Assembly (NCBI GenBank): GCA_002269645.1
Contig: NIVC01000183.1
Span: 1 to 64,000 of the forward strand
Reading direction: 5' to 3'
Length of the DNA: 64,000 bases
Source of the DNA: Macrostomum lignano
Lineage: Eukaryota
Below, in pieces: positions 13,143 through 25,765 of this stretch. Positions within the stretch are counted from its first letter, which is position 1; the number at the start of each line of letters is the position of its first letter. Position numbers and translations under genes: made by a program. The notes beneath the pieces are model-generated. The model searched no databases and had not been told where the DNA came from. It saw nothing but the letters and a program-made list of their open reading frames with translations.

Positions 13143-15020
13143 GCTGTTCTACATGAGTATAAAGATGCTAACAAGCTGTAATTCGCGAAGCAATTAGAAG
13201 CAGAATTAGAAAATACTTAGAAAAATAATAAAATTATTTTTATGGGTATACATTTGAATCAACTGAAACAATCAAACCTTTTGCTGGCTGCAATTATATG
13301 ACACAAAATTTGCGCGATTTTTAACGATGTACTGTGTACATGCAGATGCAGGATACATTTTTATAGGCGATACAAATGACCAGGCAAACCGTTTAGCTGA
13401 AGCTGTCTATTGGGTGTAATTTGAACTTTGACAGTATAATCCTGAGCATTTCAGTATGCGTTCAGTACATTATGTGTATGAATACTTTAAAAATCCCCAG
13501 ACTATATGCTGATAATGCTATTATGACTAATTGACAATAGAAGCATGAATTTTAATTTAGAAATAGTTTTAATAATTCCCTTCTACAGACAAAACTGCGC
13601 TATTTCACTAGCATTTTTGTGTCAAATTAAAAATACCCATACGAATTGTACTATATGTGCAAATTGTTTTGTACACTCTCCTCTCTCGTAAATTGAACTC
13701 AAGTTGAATTGCGGGAAGCAAAAACAGAGATAGACTCAATTTTACATGAATTTTACACACTCTGTACACGTATTTGGGCTTGCGTGTGTAATTTTTACAT
13801 TTATTGGCAGTTTTTAAAGCCAAGAAAGACAACTCGGCAAAATTCTTTCACGATCTTCAGGACATGATATCCATAGAAAACGCCCACACGAAAAGCAATT
13901 CCAACAAGCTGCCCTGCATGTGCGCAAGTTGCGAGGCTTTTAGCTACACTTTTTATGCATGTGGCCAAGAATAAAGACGAGAAGCGAAGAAGCGACTAAC
14001 AGTGCCAGTCTACGGTCGAATTTCCTTTGGCACAGAGACGCAAGGGTACAGCAGAAGTGTTCTACTGAAGTATTATAGTTCACGGGCAACAATTCGTACG
14101 GGTTCTGTGTTCGTTGTTCTCACAGAAAAGAAGTCACAGAAAATGAAAGCCTTAGGGTTTTGGACTAAGGCTACTCTTTTAGTCTTTTCTTGCTTACTTG
14201 AAGAAATGCAAAGTCTAGTTGGTGTTAGGGACAGAGGCACATTGTGAGCTCTGCGTAGTGGCGTATTCCAGCTGCATTGGTGGAGCATATAATGGCCCTC
14301 TTGAGTTCTCTCTTCTCTTGTCTTGGCTAAGCTTCTTCGAATTCGAATGTGTGGTCAGCTGGGTTTCCGAGCACACTTAGCAGTCGGACTGTACATCCAG
14401 ACTTTTAAGTGACAGAAAGAAGGGTAAGCGGAAAACTATTTTGGGAATAAAAACAGTGAACACCAGCCCCGGAAATTGAGGCCAGCGTGGCCCCGCACTG
14501 ACGTATAGGCGCGATTCTAATTTTAACTCTGTGTGTAACTCTTTCAACAATCTGAAACTGCAATGACGTTTGACGCCAAAAATTGGGCAATGGGAGGGGA
14601 GGTTGGTTAAACTATTCCGTATGCCCATCTGAGTGGGTGAGGGTGAGGTGCACCCGCCCATTGGAACTGCTACGAGCGTACATGCATGTACTCAGATTGC
14701 ACATTGGGTAAGAAATAGAAGTAGGGCTGGGCGCGCTGTTGGCATGCCAACGAGATGCAATGCAGGGACGAGGAGGGCCGCAGTGGAAGGGCTTTGCTTG
14801 GGGCACGAAGAGAGGGTAGAGAGGGCAGAAAGAGAATATAAACCCTCTCTCTTCTCTCACCGCCTTGCTACAGTGTAAAGTCGACGCGCGCACGGTTCTT
14901 ACCAACTAGACTTAGCCGTATTGCGTACACGAAACACGTATTTAATACGCCATACGCAACGCACATAAAGCTAGTAGGATAAGCACCAGTGCTCAGCAAA
15001 TATCTATTCAACAGACAGAT

Positions 15021-16773
15021 ATGACTACAGAGGAGCCAGTGTCGCTGTCGCTGCAAGAAATTCGTGTAGCAGATGGCTGCGATCAGACTGTCGAAAACGA
15101 ATTAACTCAGCTGAATCCGGACACAGCCACTGTTTCCGATCAGTCGGACAGTGCGTCGGACTCTGACAGCGCATCGGACGAAGAGCTAGCTGATGATCTA
15201 GACCTAGAACAGCTGGATGTTCTTGCTAAGCAGGACACGGAGGAGGCGCTGGAACGCCTTAAAATGTGGGTATGCAACAAATCTAGGAAGCTATCGCTAT
15301 CTAGTCAGGATCGTGAGATCTTCGCCCGGCTCACAGAGAAGTATTTTAGCGAACTCAAGTCGCTGAGCAGCAAGGAGGCGGAGGCTGAACCTGGCACTTC
15401 CAGTGTTGTTAGGGAGGCGGATGCGGTTCAATCCTCGAGTCAGCCCCCGAGTCGGACTTCCAGTCGAACGTCAAGCCCATTGCCCATGGATCCCGTCAGA
15501 CGCAGGTTTGCGAGCGACACATCTAGCGAGGCAACTCGGGATATGCCAGTGAATGTCGAAGGATCCGATTCGGCTTCAGGGTCGGAACGTTCTGCAAAGA
15601 TACTTCTGTTTCCTGAACACGCTGCCCTGTTCAATGACGACTCGGAAGAGCATCTCATTATGCTTGAGGCGCTGCAGAATTTTCTGTCGGAAGAGCGAGA
15701 CTACTTTCACTCGATCAGTTTAATTTCGCTCTTCAAGCTTTTCAAATACTTGCTAATGTATCACCTGGAAAGCGAGTACGACTTCGAGAGCCGTAGCAAA
15801 TCGGTGAATTTGTCTCGGACTACTGACACGCTGGTGTTCTACAAGCGCCTGTTTGACACGGGCCTCGCCCCGCACACCTTCAGACAGGTCTACGAAAAGC
15901 TGACCGAAACACAGTCGCATCTGCAGATTAATGTTATCAACGATCGCATAACACGCTGGGAAAACTATCATGACATCTTTATGCTTCACGGCATGCTAAC
16001 CGAGTGCTTTCAGGTGTACCAGTCGCGAACTGGAGTGGTCAGTGGCTTGGAGCGCATGAACTTCCGCTGCTCTGCCACGTGTTCCTTGTGCCTGCTCGAT
16101 GATCAGTTGGTGGTGGCTCGCACCTGCTGCGGGCAGCATGTCTGCTACGCCTGCTACAACGAGTGGGTCCGCACCAAAGTATATGCCCGCACCGTGGAAG
16201 TCGGCTGCCCCTGCTGTAGCTGCTTCCTCACCGTCAGCGAGATCATCGAATTCCTTGGCGACAGGGCTGATCGGTACTACGAAATCTTGACGGACCTCAA
16301 CGGCGATCCAAACAAGAAGACCTGCCCGCAGTGCAATATGGTGACGAAAAATCCAAATGAAAAGGCCAGCAAGCGGCTCGGTGGCGAGCTGACTCGCTGT
16401 CAGCGCTGCGAGTTCAGTTGGTGCTTCCGCTGCCACTCGCCGCCACACCCGAATATGTCCTGCAGCGCCAACAGTAGCGGCAAGCAGATGCTGCGCGACT
16501 GGGGTCTGGAGACCTACTTCGACGGGTCGCAGTTCATTCGGAAGGCTCGCAAGTGTCCGTCCTGCAAAGTGTACATCGAGAAGAATCAAGGCTGCAATCA
16601 CATGACCTGCAACCGATGCAGCTATCAATTCTGCTACGTGTGCGGCAAGAACTGGCGCGCTGGCAACTTTGTTTTCGGTCGGCACAGCAGTCGCCTCAGC
16701 ATATTCGGCTGCAAGCAGAAGCTGTTTCCGGGCAGACCGGCCCTGCGCAAGCTCGTCCGCGGAACACTCTTCG
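15021..16773 (+). CDS. RNF217: RBR (RING1-IBR-RING2) E3 ubiquitin ligase, RNF217-like, coding exon 1
   Basis: RING1 CSLC..TCCGQHVCYAC..CPCCSC; IBR CPQC..CQRC..WCFRCHSPPH..C; RING2 CPSC..EKNQGCNHMTC..C..FCYVC; tail FGRHSSRLSIFGCK..P.RPALRKLVRG as in the RNF217 family. Donor TTC G|gtaggt. Confidence 0.9.
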
Positions 16774-17379
16774 GTAGGTTGAGCCTAACTAAATAGAATT
16801 TTATTGACTTCTTGTTGAAATTACACTGCACTTCGAAGTATTTGGAAGAGAATTTAGGATATGTGGCAGCAAATTGTTAAGGCTCGTTTGCGCCGCCATG
16901 GAATGAACTCATCAGCTCACACGACTGATGCACAAGCGTGTGATCATGCAAACGATGGCGGTGCTATGAAGGATATTTAATATAGCTGGTTCATGTGGAA
17001 GAAATGGGCAGATATTTTCTAGATGGATTGTAACAAAATCTTCAGCAAGTCTAATTACGTTCGGTTGAATCTTAGTTTGGATAGCTGGAAACAATTTTCC
17101 TTTCGAGAACTAAATGAATACATGTAGTATTGTCAGTAAATGTATTCTTAAACAATCCGATAGCAGCCAATCTTGCAATAAGTTTACCTGCAATGATTTA
17201 CAAATTCGTAGCCTATGGCTGCATCGATAACGCTGGTGTTTGCCTAACAGCCTATAGCTAGCAGCGTTAGAGTTCGATCAGTTCGTTCGCCCGCCGAGTA
17301 GGTGTTATAGTTAGCCCCAACGCAATCTTCACTCTAATCTTTATTCGCTCCAATTCCCTTGTCTCATTGAATATTCCAG

Positions 17380-17498
17380 TCCTAGAGGCCACCGGTATAG
17401 TCATCGCCGTGCCAATCGGCCTCGCCCTGGTTATCGGCCTGAGCCCGATTCTCGGCGTCATTGGCCTGGGCGTGCTCATCTACAAATGCAAGCACTGA
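17380..17498 (+). CDS. RNF217: RNF217-like exon 2: C-terminal transmembrane anchor (total about 623 aa)
   Basis: ttccag|TC CTA GAG is phase 1 and matches the donor; reads VLEATGIVIAVPIGLALVIGLSPILGVIGLGVLIYKCKH-stop. Confidence 0.85.
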
Positions 17499-18864
17499 TG
17501 GCGAAGTTGACGCCTGATGCACTGATATGCTGGGCAAACTCTAACTGGCTCCCAACGCGATGGCTGCGACAAAGTTGGACTGATAAAACAAAAGGCCCTT
17601 TTTATTTTCTCTCTCTTAATCTTTGTTTTAACGCTCTGATACCTCGCGATTTAGGTATTGGCAACCAATTCATAAGCTCGTATAACATAAATGCGCACAT
17701 TGGTCTTTCTAAGCGCGCTTTACTCTTTCTTCGCCTCTCTTTTCGTCTTAATTTTTTCGCTGTGCTTAACGTTCGACTTTGTCATCGTTCATTCATCCGA
17801 TTCTCATTGTACCTCCGTATCCGGTCGCTTGCCTCGTGCGGATCAATTCAATGCCTTTTTTGTATTGAAATCAGAGCTCGATTTTCTCAATTGACACGAA
17901 CTATATGTTTAAATTAAAGTGAAATAATTTGCTATTTAATTGTTTAAAACACCCAATAAGTCAGTCTACTAGGTTTATTTTCCAACTATGCTTGTAATTG
18001 TAATGCCCATTCGTCATCTCTCTCTGATCATTATCCTGAGTCTCAAGCAGAAATATATATACACGGATGAAGCGTGATTGGCTTTGGCATCGATTGACAA
18101 CTTTGCAAGTCAAGCCAGATCATAAGTCACCCCTATATCAGTGTCAGCTGGTCAAAGCGTACATTTTGACAGAGTTCTGATTTTGTACACTCGTTTGAGC
18201 AGAAACCGGCCAGCAGGCCAGATGACTCAGAGATGAGCTGTGGCGGCGAGACAGCTGGAGTTCTCCGGCATCGATTGATGCAATTCCAATGCCCACCCCC
18301 TGTGTCGCAAGCTGTACTTTCCTCATCCTCTTCCCGGCCCTTGCTCTCTCCTAGCGGGTTACTAGCAGTTCAGACTCTCCCTCTTCCCACCCCAATGTCC
18401 CTCCCAGCCCCAATACACACAAAGCCGGGACTGCACTTATAACCCGAGGGACAACACTGGCTGCGGGGACGGAAGGCCCTGAATTGCCTCGTGAATAGGC
18501 GGTGGGAGCGCGCACTGGCCGGCAATGGAAAATCTTGCGTGATATTAACTGAACAGGTGCGTCTGCAGCTCCACGGCCGGGAGTCTAAAATCTTTCGACC
18601 TTTTATTCACCTTGCCGCAATCATGGAGAACTCGAGCCAGAACCTGGGAGTAACAAAATTTACTGCTTCGGAATCTCAAGTTTAAGCTGATTATACTATC
18701 TGCATTTGATTCGAAATTCATTGCACCTTTCAAGCTAGATATGAAAAAGTTTTGATGCAGAAAATGCTATTATCCTTTTGAACAGTGCATGGTCTAAGAT
18801 CGGTCTATGATTTTAGATTTTTAGTGAAGTGTCATTAAGAAGAGCCGACAGAGGGTCAAATAGG

Positions 18865-19640
18865 GGCCTGTAGCCTGATTGGGTGGGGGTCATATAACAG
18901 GGCCTGCGGTCTAACTGGGGGCCATAGGGGGTTTAAGCCTGACTGGGGGGTCATAGGGTGCCTGCGGTCTGATCAAGGGCCATAGGAGGGCCTGTGGTCT
19001 AACTAAGGTCATAGAGGGGCCTGACTAGTCGTCATAGAGGGGCCTTCAGCCTGACTGGGGGGGTCATAGGGTGCCTGCGGTCTGATCAAGGGTCATAGGA
19101 GGGCCTGTGGCCTGCCTGAGGGTCATAGGAGGGCCTGTGGCCTGCCTGAGGGTCATAGGAGGGCCTGTGGCCTGCCTGAGGGTCATAGGAGGGCCTGTGG
19201 TCTAACTAAGGGTCATAGAGGGGCCTGACTAGTCGTCATAGAGGGGCCTTCAGCCTGACTGGAAGTCATAGGGTGCCTGCGGTCTGATCAAGGGTCATAG
19301 GAGGGCCTGTGGCCTGCCTGAGGGTCATAGGAGGGCCTGTGGCCTGCCTGAGGGTCATAGGAGGGCCTGTGGTCTAACTAAGGGTCATAGAGGGGCCTGA
19401 CTAGTCGTCATAGAGGGGCCTTCAGCCTGACTGGAAGTCATAGGGTGCCTGCGGTCTGATCAAGGGTCATAGGAGGGCCTGTGGCCTGCCTGAGGGTCAT
19501 AGGAGGGCCTGTGGTCTAACTAAGGGTCATAGAGGGGCCTGACTAGTCGTCATAGAGGGGCCTTCAGCCTGACTGGGGGTCATAGGGGAGGTGCAGCCTG
19601 ATAGGGGGTCATAGGAGGGCCCTGCGGTCTAACTCAGGGG
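18865..19640. repeat. Compound G-rich minisatellite (~25-30 bp sub-units in ~180-210 bp blocks)
   Basis: gggtcataggagggcctgtggcctgcctga and variants recur in a repeating order. Confidence 0.9.
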
Positions 19641-20978
19641 CCAGCCCCCCCCCCCCCTGGCCCCCATTGGACGCGGCCCAGTGCTTTCTGGGCACAAAAT
19701 GCAACCATAACTATGACAATGCTTTTATGTCAAAGATAAAAAAATGTGAAATTCTGTTTTATCAATACTTCTGTCAGCAGTAAGCTCACAGGCTACATAT
19801 GCTCATATTGCTCAAAATGCAATGATTCTGAGAACTTAAGTAAGAATTTGAATACCAGGAAGAGTTTTACATGTAGGTATATGATGACACAGAAAGTTGC
19901 CTATCTTTCCTGTGTAAACTTAAAAACTGCAGTCAGCTTACAGTTGTCTGACCTTACTGGGGAGTATTCACCTCAGAACCTTGCTGCGAGTCTCCTTGCC
20001 TGTAGTAAATTGATTACACGCGCTGATGCATGGAAAATGCACATGTTTTGAGAACAGTCTCATATTTTATTCATTTTCACCTGATGCACTTTATTATAAT
20101 TCAACTTCCTGCATCCAACTAAGCAAGGTGTTTTTAGATATCTAATCTGAGGAGGGTGGAGTGGGCTGTTTCAAAACCAAAGATTATAACAAATCTATCG
20201 CTGGAAATGTTTATTTTCTCAAAAATTAAGCAATTTAATTAAAACAAAAGAAAACACACGTATTTTTTTAGATTGGGTGGCGTTTTAATAAAATGTACAC
20301 AGATGCAGCTCCTCTGTGATGTACGTTAAATATATTGTATTTACCTTGTTGAACGCGAGCCAGATTGCATATAATATTGCATAAAATTACAGTAGTACAA
20401 ATCCGACAGTAGTATAGTGTGCAGCTTTCGAGCATGTTAATTTTTCTGTGAAGTGTATGCATAAACTATTAAGAAATTTATTAGGCTTTTCTAAATATTT
20501 CTGTTATGAACGATCACGCCACATGTAGTGACGGTTAATACCAAAAACGTATTGCTATTTAATTTCTAAGAAAATAAAATGACTTTCCCGACAATTTTGT
20601 TAAAATATCTGTAAATATGAGCTCGCCTAACTCACTGGGGGGGGGGGGCGCACCGATTTGAAGTTAGCTATACCGCAAAGCAAATGAGGCAATTTACAAG
20701 TGAACTGCATTAACACTGATCAATAGGTTCAGTTGGCAGCTCAGTGAATATACATGCACTGTTTATAGTTAATCAAGTTGTTTCGCCCTGTTTTGAATCA
20801 TCTGACAGCAGATGCCGCAAAAGGTAGTCGGATCGTTCTGCTCGAGGCTCTGGCTAAGAGACTGAACAACGACTTGTCGGGACCTTAAAATTGCGGAGTT
20901 TTTACCTTTTTGCGAATTTAAGTAGCTCATATTTAATTATATTTAAATACAATCAAAGATAGATAGTTAAATAATTAC

Positions 20979-21095
20979 CTGATTTTCCAATTCAACATTG
21001 AGCAGACTGATATTGCCAGTGATGACTATCCATCTGGCGTCCTTAGGAGAGATGTCAGCTCTGTAGCTGGAGACTATTCGCTTGTTGACTACAAG
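20979..21095 (-). CDS. Giant gene B exon (117 nt, phase 0-0): end of the last galectin-like domain
   Basis: ttgcag|CTT GTA GTC AAC ... AAT CAG|gtaatt; LVVNKRIVSSYRADISPKDARWIVITGNISLLNVELENQ fits the galectin V.VNG..L.I.GD..L..V pattern. The final exon downstream was not resolved. Confidence 0.7.
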
Positions 21096-21170
21096 CTGCA
21101 ATGTAGCGGCTTCTTAAACTGTGATCACAATCTGTGCTCTGAACTAACAACCAGAGCACAGTGTTTTACT

Positions 21171-21397
21171 GAGGCTTGGAATGTTAGATTGAGGCTTGGA
21201 ATGTTAGATTGAGGCTTGGAATGTTAGATTGAGGCTTGGAATGTTAGAATGAGGCTTGAAATGTTAGAATGAGGCTTGGAATGTTAGATTGAGGCTTGGA
21301 ATGTTAGAATGAGGCTTGAAATGTTAAATTGAGGCTTGGAATGTTAGATTGAGGCTTGGAATGTTAGAATGAGGCTTGGAATGTTAAATTGAGGCTT
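21171..21397. repeat. 20-bp tandem array (gaggcttggaatgttagatt), ~11 copies
   Basis: Direct inspection. Confidence 0.97.
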
Positions 21398-21408
21398 GCA
21401 ATTGAAGT

Positions 21409-22757
21409 ATCAACTATCGGACAGGGAAATCAACTATCGGACAGGGAAATCAACTATCGGACAGGATAAGCAACTATCGGACAGGGAAATCAACTATCGG
21501 ACAGGGAAATCAACTATCGGACAGGATAAGCAACTATCGGACAGGATAAGCAACTATCGGACAGGGAAATCAACTATCGGACATGGTAAGCAACGATCGG
21601 ACAGGATAAGCAACTATCGGACAGGGTAAGCAACTATTGGACAGGGAAATCAACTATCGGACAGGGTAAGCAACTATTGGACGGGGAAATCAACTATCGG
21701 ACAGGATAAGCAACTATCGGACAGGGAAATCAACTATCGGAAATGGTAAGCAACGATCGGACAGGATAAGCAACTATCGGACAGGATAAGCAACTATCGG
21801 ACAGGGTAAGCAACTATTGGACAGGGAAATCAACTATCGGAAATGGTAAGCAACGATCGGACAGGATAAGCAACTATCGGACAGGATAAGCAACTATCGG
21901 ACAGGGTAAACAACTATTGGACAGGGAAATCAACTATCGGACAGGATAAGCAACTATCGGACAGGGAAATCAACTATCGGACAGGATAAGCAACTATCGG
22001 ACAGGGTAAGCAACGATCGGACAGGATAAGCAACTATCGGACAGGGAAATCAACTATCGGACATGGTAAGCAACGATCGGACAGGATAAGCAACTATCGG
22101 ACAGGATAAGCAACTATCGGACAGGGTAAGCAACTATTGGACAGGGAAATCAACTATCGGACAGGATAAGCAACTATCGGACAGGGAAATCAACTATCGG
22201 ACAGGGAAATCAACTATCGGACAGGGAAATCAACTATCGGACAGGGAAATCAACTATCGGACAGGGAAATCAACTATCGGACAGGGAAATCAACTATCGG
22301 ACAGGGAAATCAACTATCGGACAGGATAAGCAACTATCGGACAGGGAAATCAACGATCGGACAGGGAAATCAACGATCGGACAGGGAAATCAACTATCGG
22401 ACAGGGAAATCAACTATCGGACAGGGTAAGCAACTATCGGACAGGGAAATCAACATTTGGACAGGGAAATCAACGATCGGACAGGGAAATCAACGATCGG
22501 ACAGGGAAATCAACTATCGGACAGGGAAATCAACGATCGGACAGGGAAATCAACTATCGGACAGGGAAATCAACTATCGGACAGGGAAATCAACTATCGG
22601 ACAGGGAAATCAACTATCGGACAGGGTAAGCAACTATCGGACAGGGAAATCAACATTTGGACAGGGAAATCAACGATCGGACAGGGAAATCAACGATCGG
22701 ACAGGGAAATCAACTATCGGACAGGGAAATCAACGATCGGACAGGGAAATCAACTTT
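21409..22757. repeat. 20-bp tandem array (acagggaaatcaactatcgg / acaggataagcaactatcgg), ~67 copies, intronic
   Basis: Exact 20-bp phase kept over ~1.35 kb. Confidence 0.98.
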
Positions 22758-22773
22758 TTGCTTTGCCACTCAC

Positions 22774-22984
22774 TTTGCAATCGCCGTTATCCGCCAGCAG
22801 TAGGTCGATGGTTCGAATCTCGCTAAACAGCGGCACCGGGCACAGCTCAGCCACTCGAGTCTGGCGGGCGTCGTTCATCCAGGCCAGGGCCGCCTGCTGG
22901 CCGCTGTCGGTCAGGCAGAACTCGCAGATCAGCGGCTTGACGCCATCCGGATCGGCGCCGATGGCCAGCGAAACGGTGCGGCTG
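22774..22984 (-). CDS. Giant gene B exon (211 nt, phase 2-0)
   Basis: tttgcag|C AGC CGC ACC ... TGC AAA|gtgagt; SRTVSLAIGADPDGVKPLICEFCL...IRTIDLLLADNGDCK. Confidence 0.75.
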
Positions 22985-23054
22985 CTGCAAATAGGAAATT
23001 CTCAAGAAAATGAGAACGTTTCCCATCGAAAGAAGCTAAGCTGATGGGCGCAGT

Positions 23055-23140
23055 TGCATGTCTCAAGCCGCGCACGGAATCGAACCCCGGGCACTTCTGC
23101 GCTGCAGAATCAGACAGACGCGTTAACCGCTGATCTACTT
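23055..23140 (-). mobile_element. tRNA-derived SINE head, intronic
   Basis: Minus strand has an A-box-like TAGATCAGCGG and B box GGTTCGATTCC; no intact cloverleaf. Confidence 0.55.
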
Positions 23141-23423
23141 TGCCCTCATTTTTATTAAACATTAAAATAACATACACGTGTAAGACATGCGTCATACTAC
23201 TTGATAAGTAGCGTAGACTATCTAATTCGACTTTTTGAGGTAGCGCCCTACTTCATCAGTGGAAAACGGCTTGAAACACCAAGTTAAACTGTACCGGGTT
23301 TGCTTGGTCGTTGCTTCCATATCTCTTCCAAACCTGATGTCTCTTTCATCTTAAGATTTTCTGTAAAAAGGCCAAACTGCATGGGATACTGAAATCTGGA
23401 CCCTGGGCCTAATCGACACTTAC

Positions 23424-24010
23424 GCTCCGTAGTTGCCCCCGTCGGTCTCGGCCAGGTCGGCCCCGTCCGACAGACCGAGACGGATCAACCGGCCCGGCCG
23501 ACTCGGATCCATCGGCGGCAGGCGATTGGTGTAGGGAAGCCACAGGCTGGCTGGGAAGCTGACAAACAGAAAGGCGGTGGCGGCGCCAGCCAGGTGCAGA
23601 TGAGTCACCAGGTCCGGGTCGATCCGGTGGCGCAGGCTGGCGTTGTGCCCGCTGTCCAACACTACGTAGAAGTCCTTCAAGCGTCGGACGATCGTCGTCT
23701 CGAAGGCGAAGCCGTCCCTATCTTTTGCGTCGCTGCGGCTGGTGGCGTCCACTGCTTCGTCGCTCTGCTGACCGTTGACGATGGCGCTGAGGGCCAGACA
23801 GCCGACGGCGCCGCTGTCCGATTCTCTGCTGGGCGCCACCCGGGCAAGGAGGGCAAAGTCCGCTGAGCTCGGGTCAGCGCCGGTTCGAAGCGAAATTCGA
23901 CAGTTGTTGCCGGCCGGCATCGAAGCGGCCGACGGCAGCAACCGGGCCCAGATTCGAATCTGGCCGCCTACTGGCAGCTGCTTGGGAAGAGCCGTCAGTG
24001 GATTGGCTCG
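23424..24010 (-). CDS. Giant gene B exon (587 nt, phase 0-2): one complete galectin-like domain plus the start of the next
   Basis: ccctccag|CGA GCC AAT ... GGA GC|gtaagt; LPKQLPVGGQIRIW...FETTIVRRLKDFYVVLDSGHNASLRHRIDPDLVTHLHLAG. Confidence 0.8.
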
Positions 24011-24039
24011 CTGGAGGGAATGATGGGGCGAGGTAGTAA

Positions 24040-24245
24040 GTTCCGATTGGCTGAGCGGATAGCAGACACGATTCATCGGGCAGGGCTATGGGTGAGGTAG
24101 TGAGCTCCGATTGGCTGAGCGGATAGCAGACACGATTCATCGGGCAGGGCTATGGGTGAGGTAGTGAGCTCCGATTGGCTGAGCGGATAGCAGACACGAT
24201 TCATCGGGCAGGGCTATGGGTGAGGTAGTGAGCTCTGATTGGACG
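24040..24245. repeat. 64-bp tandem repeat, ~3.2 copies, intronic, each with a CCAAT motif on the minus strand
   Basis: tccgattggctgagcggatag at 24042, 24106 and 24170. Confidence 0.95.
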
Positions 24246-24343
24246 AGATATGGCAAGATATGAGAGATTTTTTGTTAAAAATTGTTAATTGCAATTAGGC
24301 ATGTGCTTTCTTAAAACAAAATTTTATAATTTCAAACTCTCAC

Positions 24344-24460
24344 CATCTCCTTGATTTTGAAATCCTCCAGCATTAGATCGCCTTCAATGTACAGGCTCTT
24401 CACTCTTCTAGCATCCAACTTCATCAAGTACGTCATTATGTACTCGCCATTAATATGAAT
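24344..24460 (-). CDS. Giant gene B exon (117 nt, phase 0-0): end of a galectin-like domain
   Basis: aattcag|ATT CAT ATT AAT GGC ... GAG ATG|gtgaga; IHINGEYIMTY...VKSLYIEGDLMLEDF is the clearest galectin-type segment. Confidence 0.8.
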
Positions 24461-25001
24461 CTGAATTCGGAGTTAACGAGAAATCTGCCTAATTGAAACT
24501 CATTATTAATGCATTTCAGACACAATAAACGAACACCGATCAGTCAATAATTCCTATTGGCACATATACTATAAATTACAAAATGTACTGTACTTCCAGA
24601 AAATGTAGGCGCACAGTTTCCCCCATACTTCTCCAATACGGCAGCATTTAGTCCTTGAGTTCTGGATAATGGTTTTGTCTATGGTACTTCCGAGCGACAA
24701 ATGGGTGGTTAGACGAAGGTCGGAACTCGGGATAATGGGTGGCGTACGAGTGTGCTAAATTCAGCAACGCCTAGATCACGCGCACAAGTCTATGGCGTTG
24801 CTGGATTCAACGCAGCCTCCAGCCCATTTCTAGGAAAATAAAGTTTCGTGTCCTTCTACTTTAATTGCCTATGCAAGTACATTAAAATGGTCTGATCTAT
24901 GTTGTCTAGTTCTATTATTAGACGCGGTGGATTAGCAGGTATCAGAGTGGAAAAACAGTCTGACCTAAAGACTACTTAAGAAACCTGAAACATTAAACTA
25001 C

Positions 25002-25543
25002 CCACATGCCTGTACATGCCCTACAAGGAGAATTCCAGGGCTATACTCGTACTTCTGCCTTCCTGTTAGCTGCGACTCCATTTTCGCCTTAATTGGCTGC
25101 AGCACCCCTGAGAAACTCACCCGAACCACCTGGCCGTGAATTGTCAGCAAAACGCTGCGCAGTTTCGCCAGCTGGTTTAAACCGCGTTTCTCCATCTCCT
25201 TGACGAAGCCGCCACCGTCGTCGCCGCCGTTGCTGCTGCAAGTGTCGTCCGGATCGGCTCGACCTACCGTAGCTGTCAGGCTGGCGATGCTGAGCGAGCA
25301 GGTCATGGCCGCGCCGTCGGCCAGGCCGAACAGGAGGCCGGTGGAGCTGCTGTCCGGCCGCAGGCCGAGCCGCACAGATTCAACCAGGCTGAGCGGGCAG
25401 GCCAGGCGTTCGCGTAGCGGCAGCTCCAGGCGTTCGTGAAACTCCACGCTAGTGTACTCGCAGTCGGGGTGCAGCACCAGGTGAGTGAAGTCGGACACCG
25501 GAATGTGATGCGGTAACACGCATTCCGTATCGGCGAGAGCCGT
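25002..25543 (-). CDS. Giant gene B exon: end of one galectin-like domain and most of the next
   Basis: ttttcag|ACG GCT CTC (phase 0); LPHHIPVSDFTHLVLHPDCEYTSVEF then LPLRERL..SVRLGL..VRVSFSG..ILLVGHV. The 3' donor is uncertain. Confidence 0.7.
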
Positions 25544-25765
25544 CTGAAAACCGGTTGAAAAAATAGTTCGTCAGGTTAAACCTACGCCAACTCAATGCCA
25601 AGACAGATCCTTCCAGATTGCAAACAACTTTTCGTCGCCTTTCGAATTAAACAAGAGTTGGATGAAAAAAACGGTGGACTCCTCATTAAATCCTCTTCAA
25701 ACTCCCAGCTGTTCTGGTCTGCGGCTACTCGTCAGATGCCCAAGAAGTAAGGTTAGAAATCTTAC

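Noticed and set aside
21396-23044. ORFs reading DREINYRTGKSTIGQ repeats (and similar ORFs at 5793 and 27203-28014)
   Set aside because: Translations of non-coding minisatellites, antisense to or within introns.
23874-24140. Two ORFs both starting MNRVCYPLSQSELTTSP
   Set aside because: The starts come from the 64-bp intronic repeat; the real exon begins at the acceptor at 24010.
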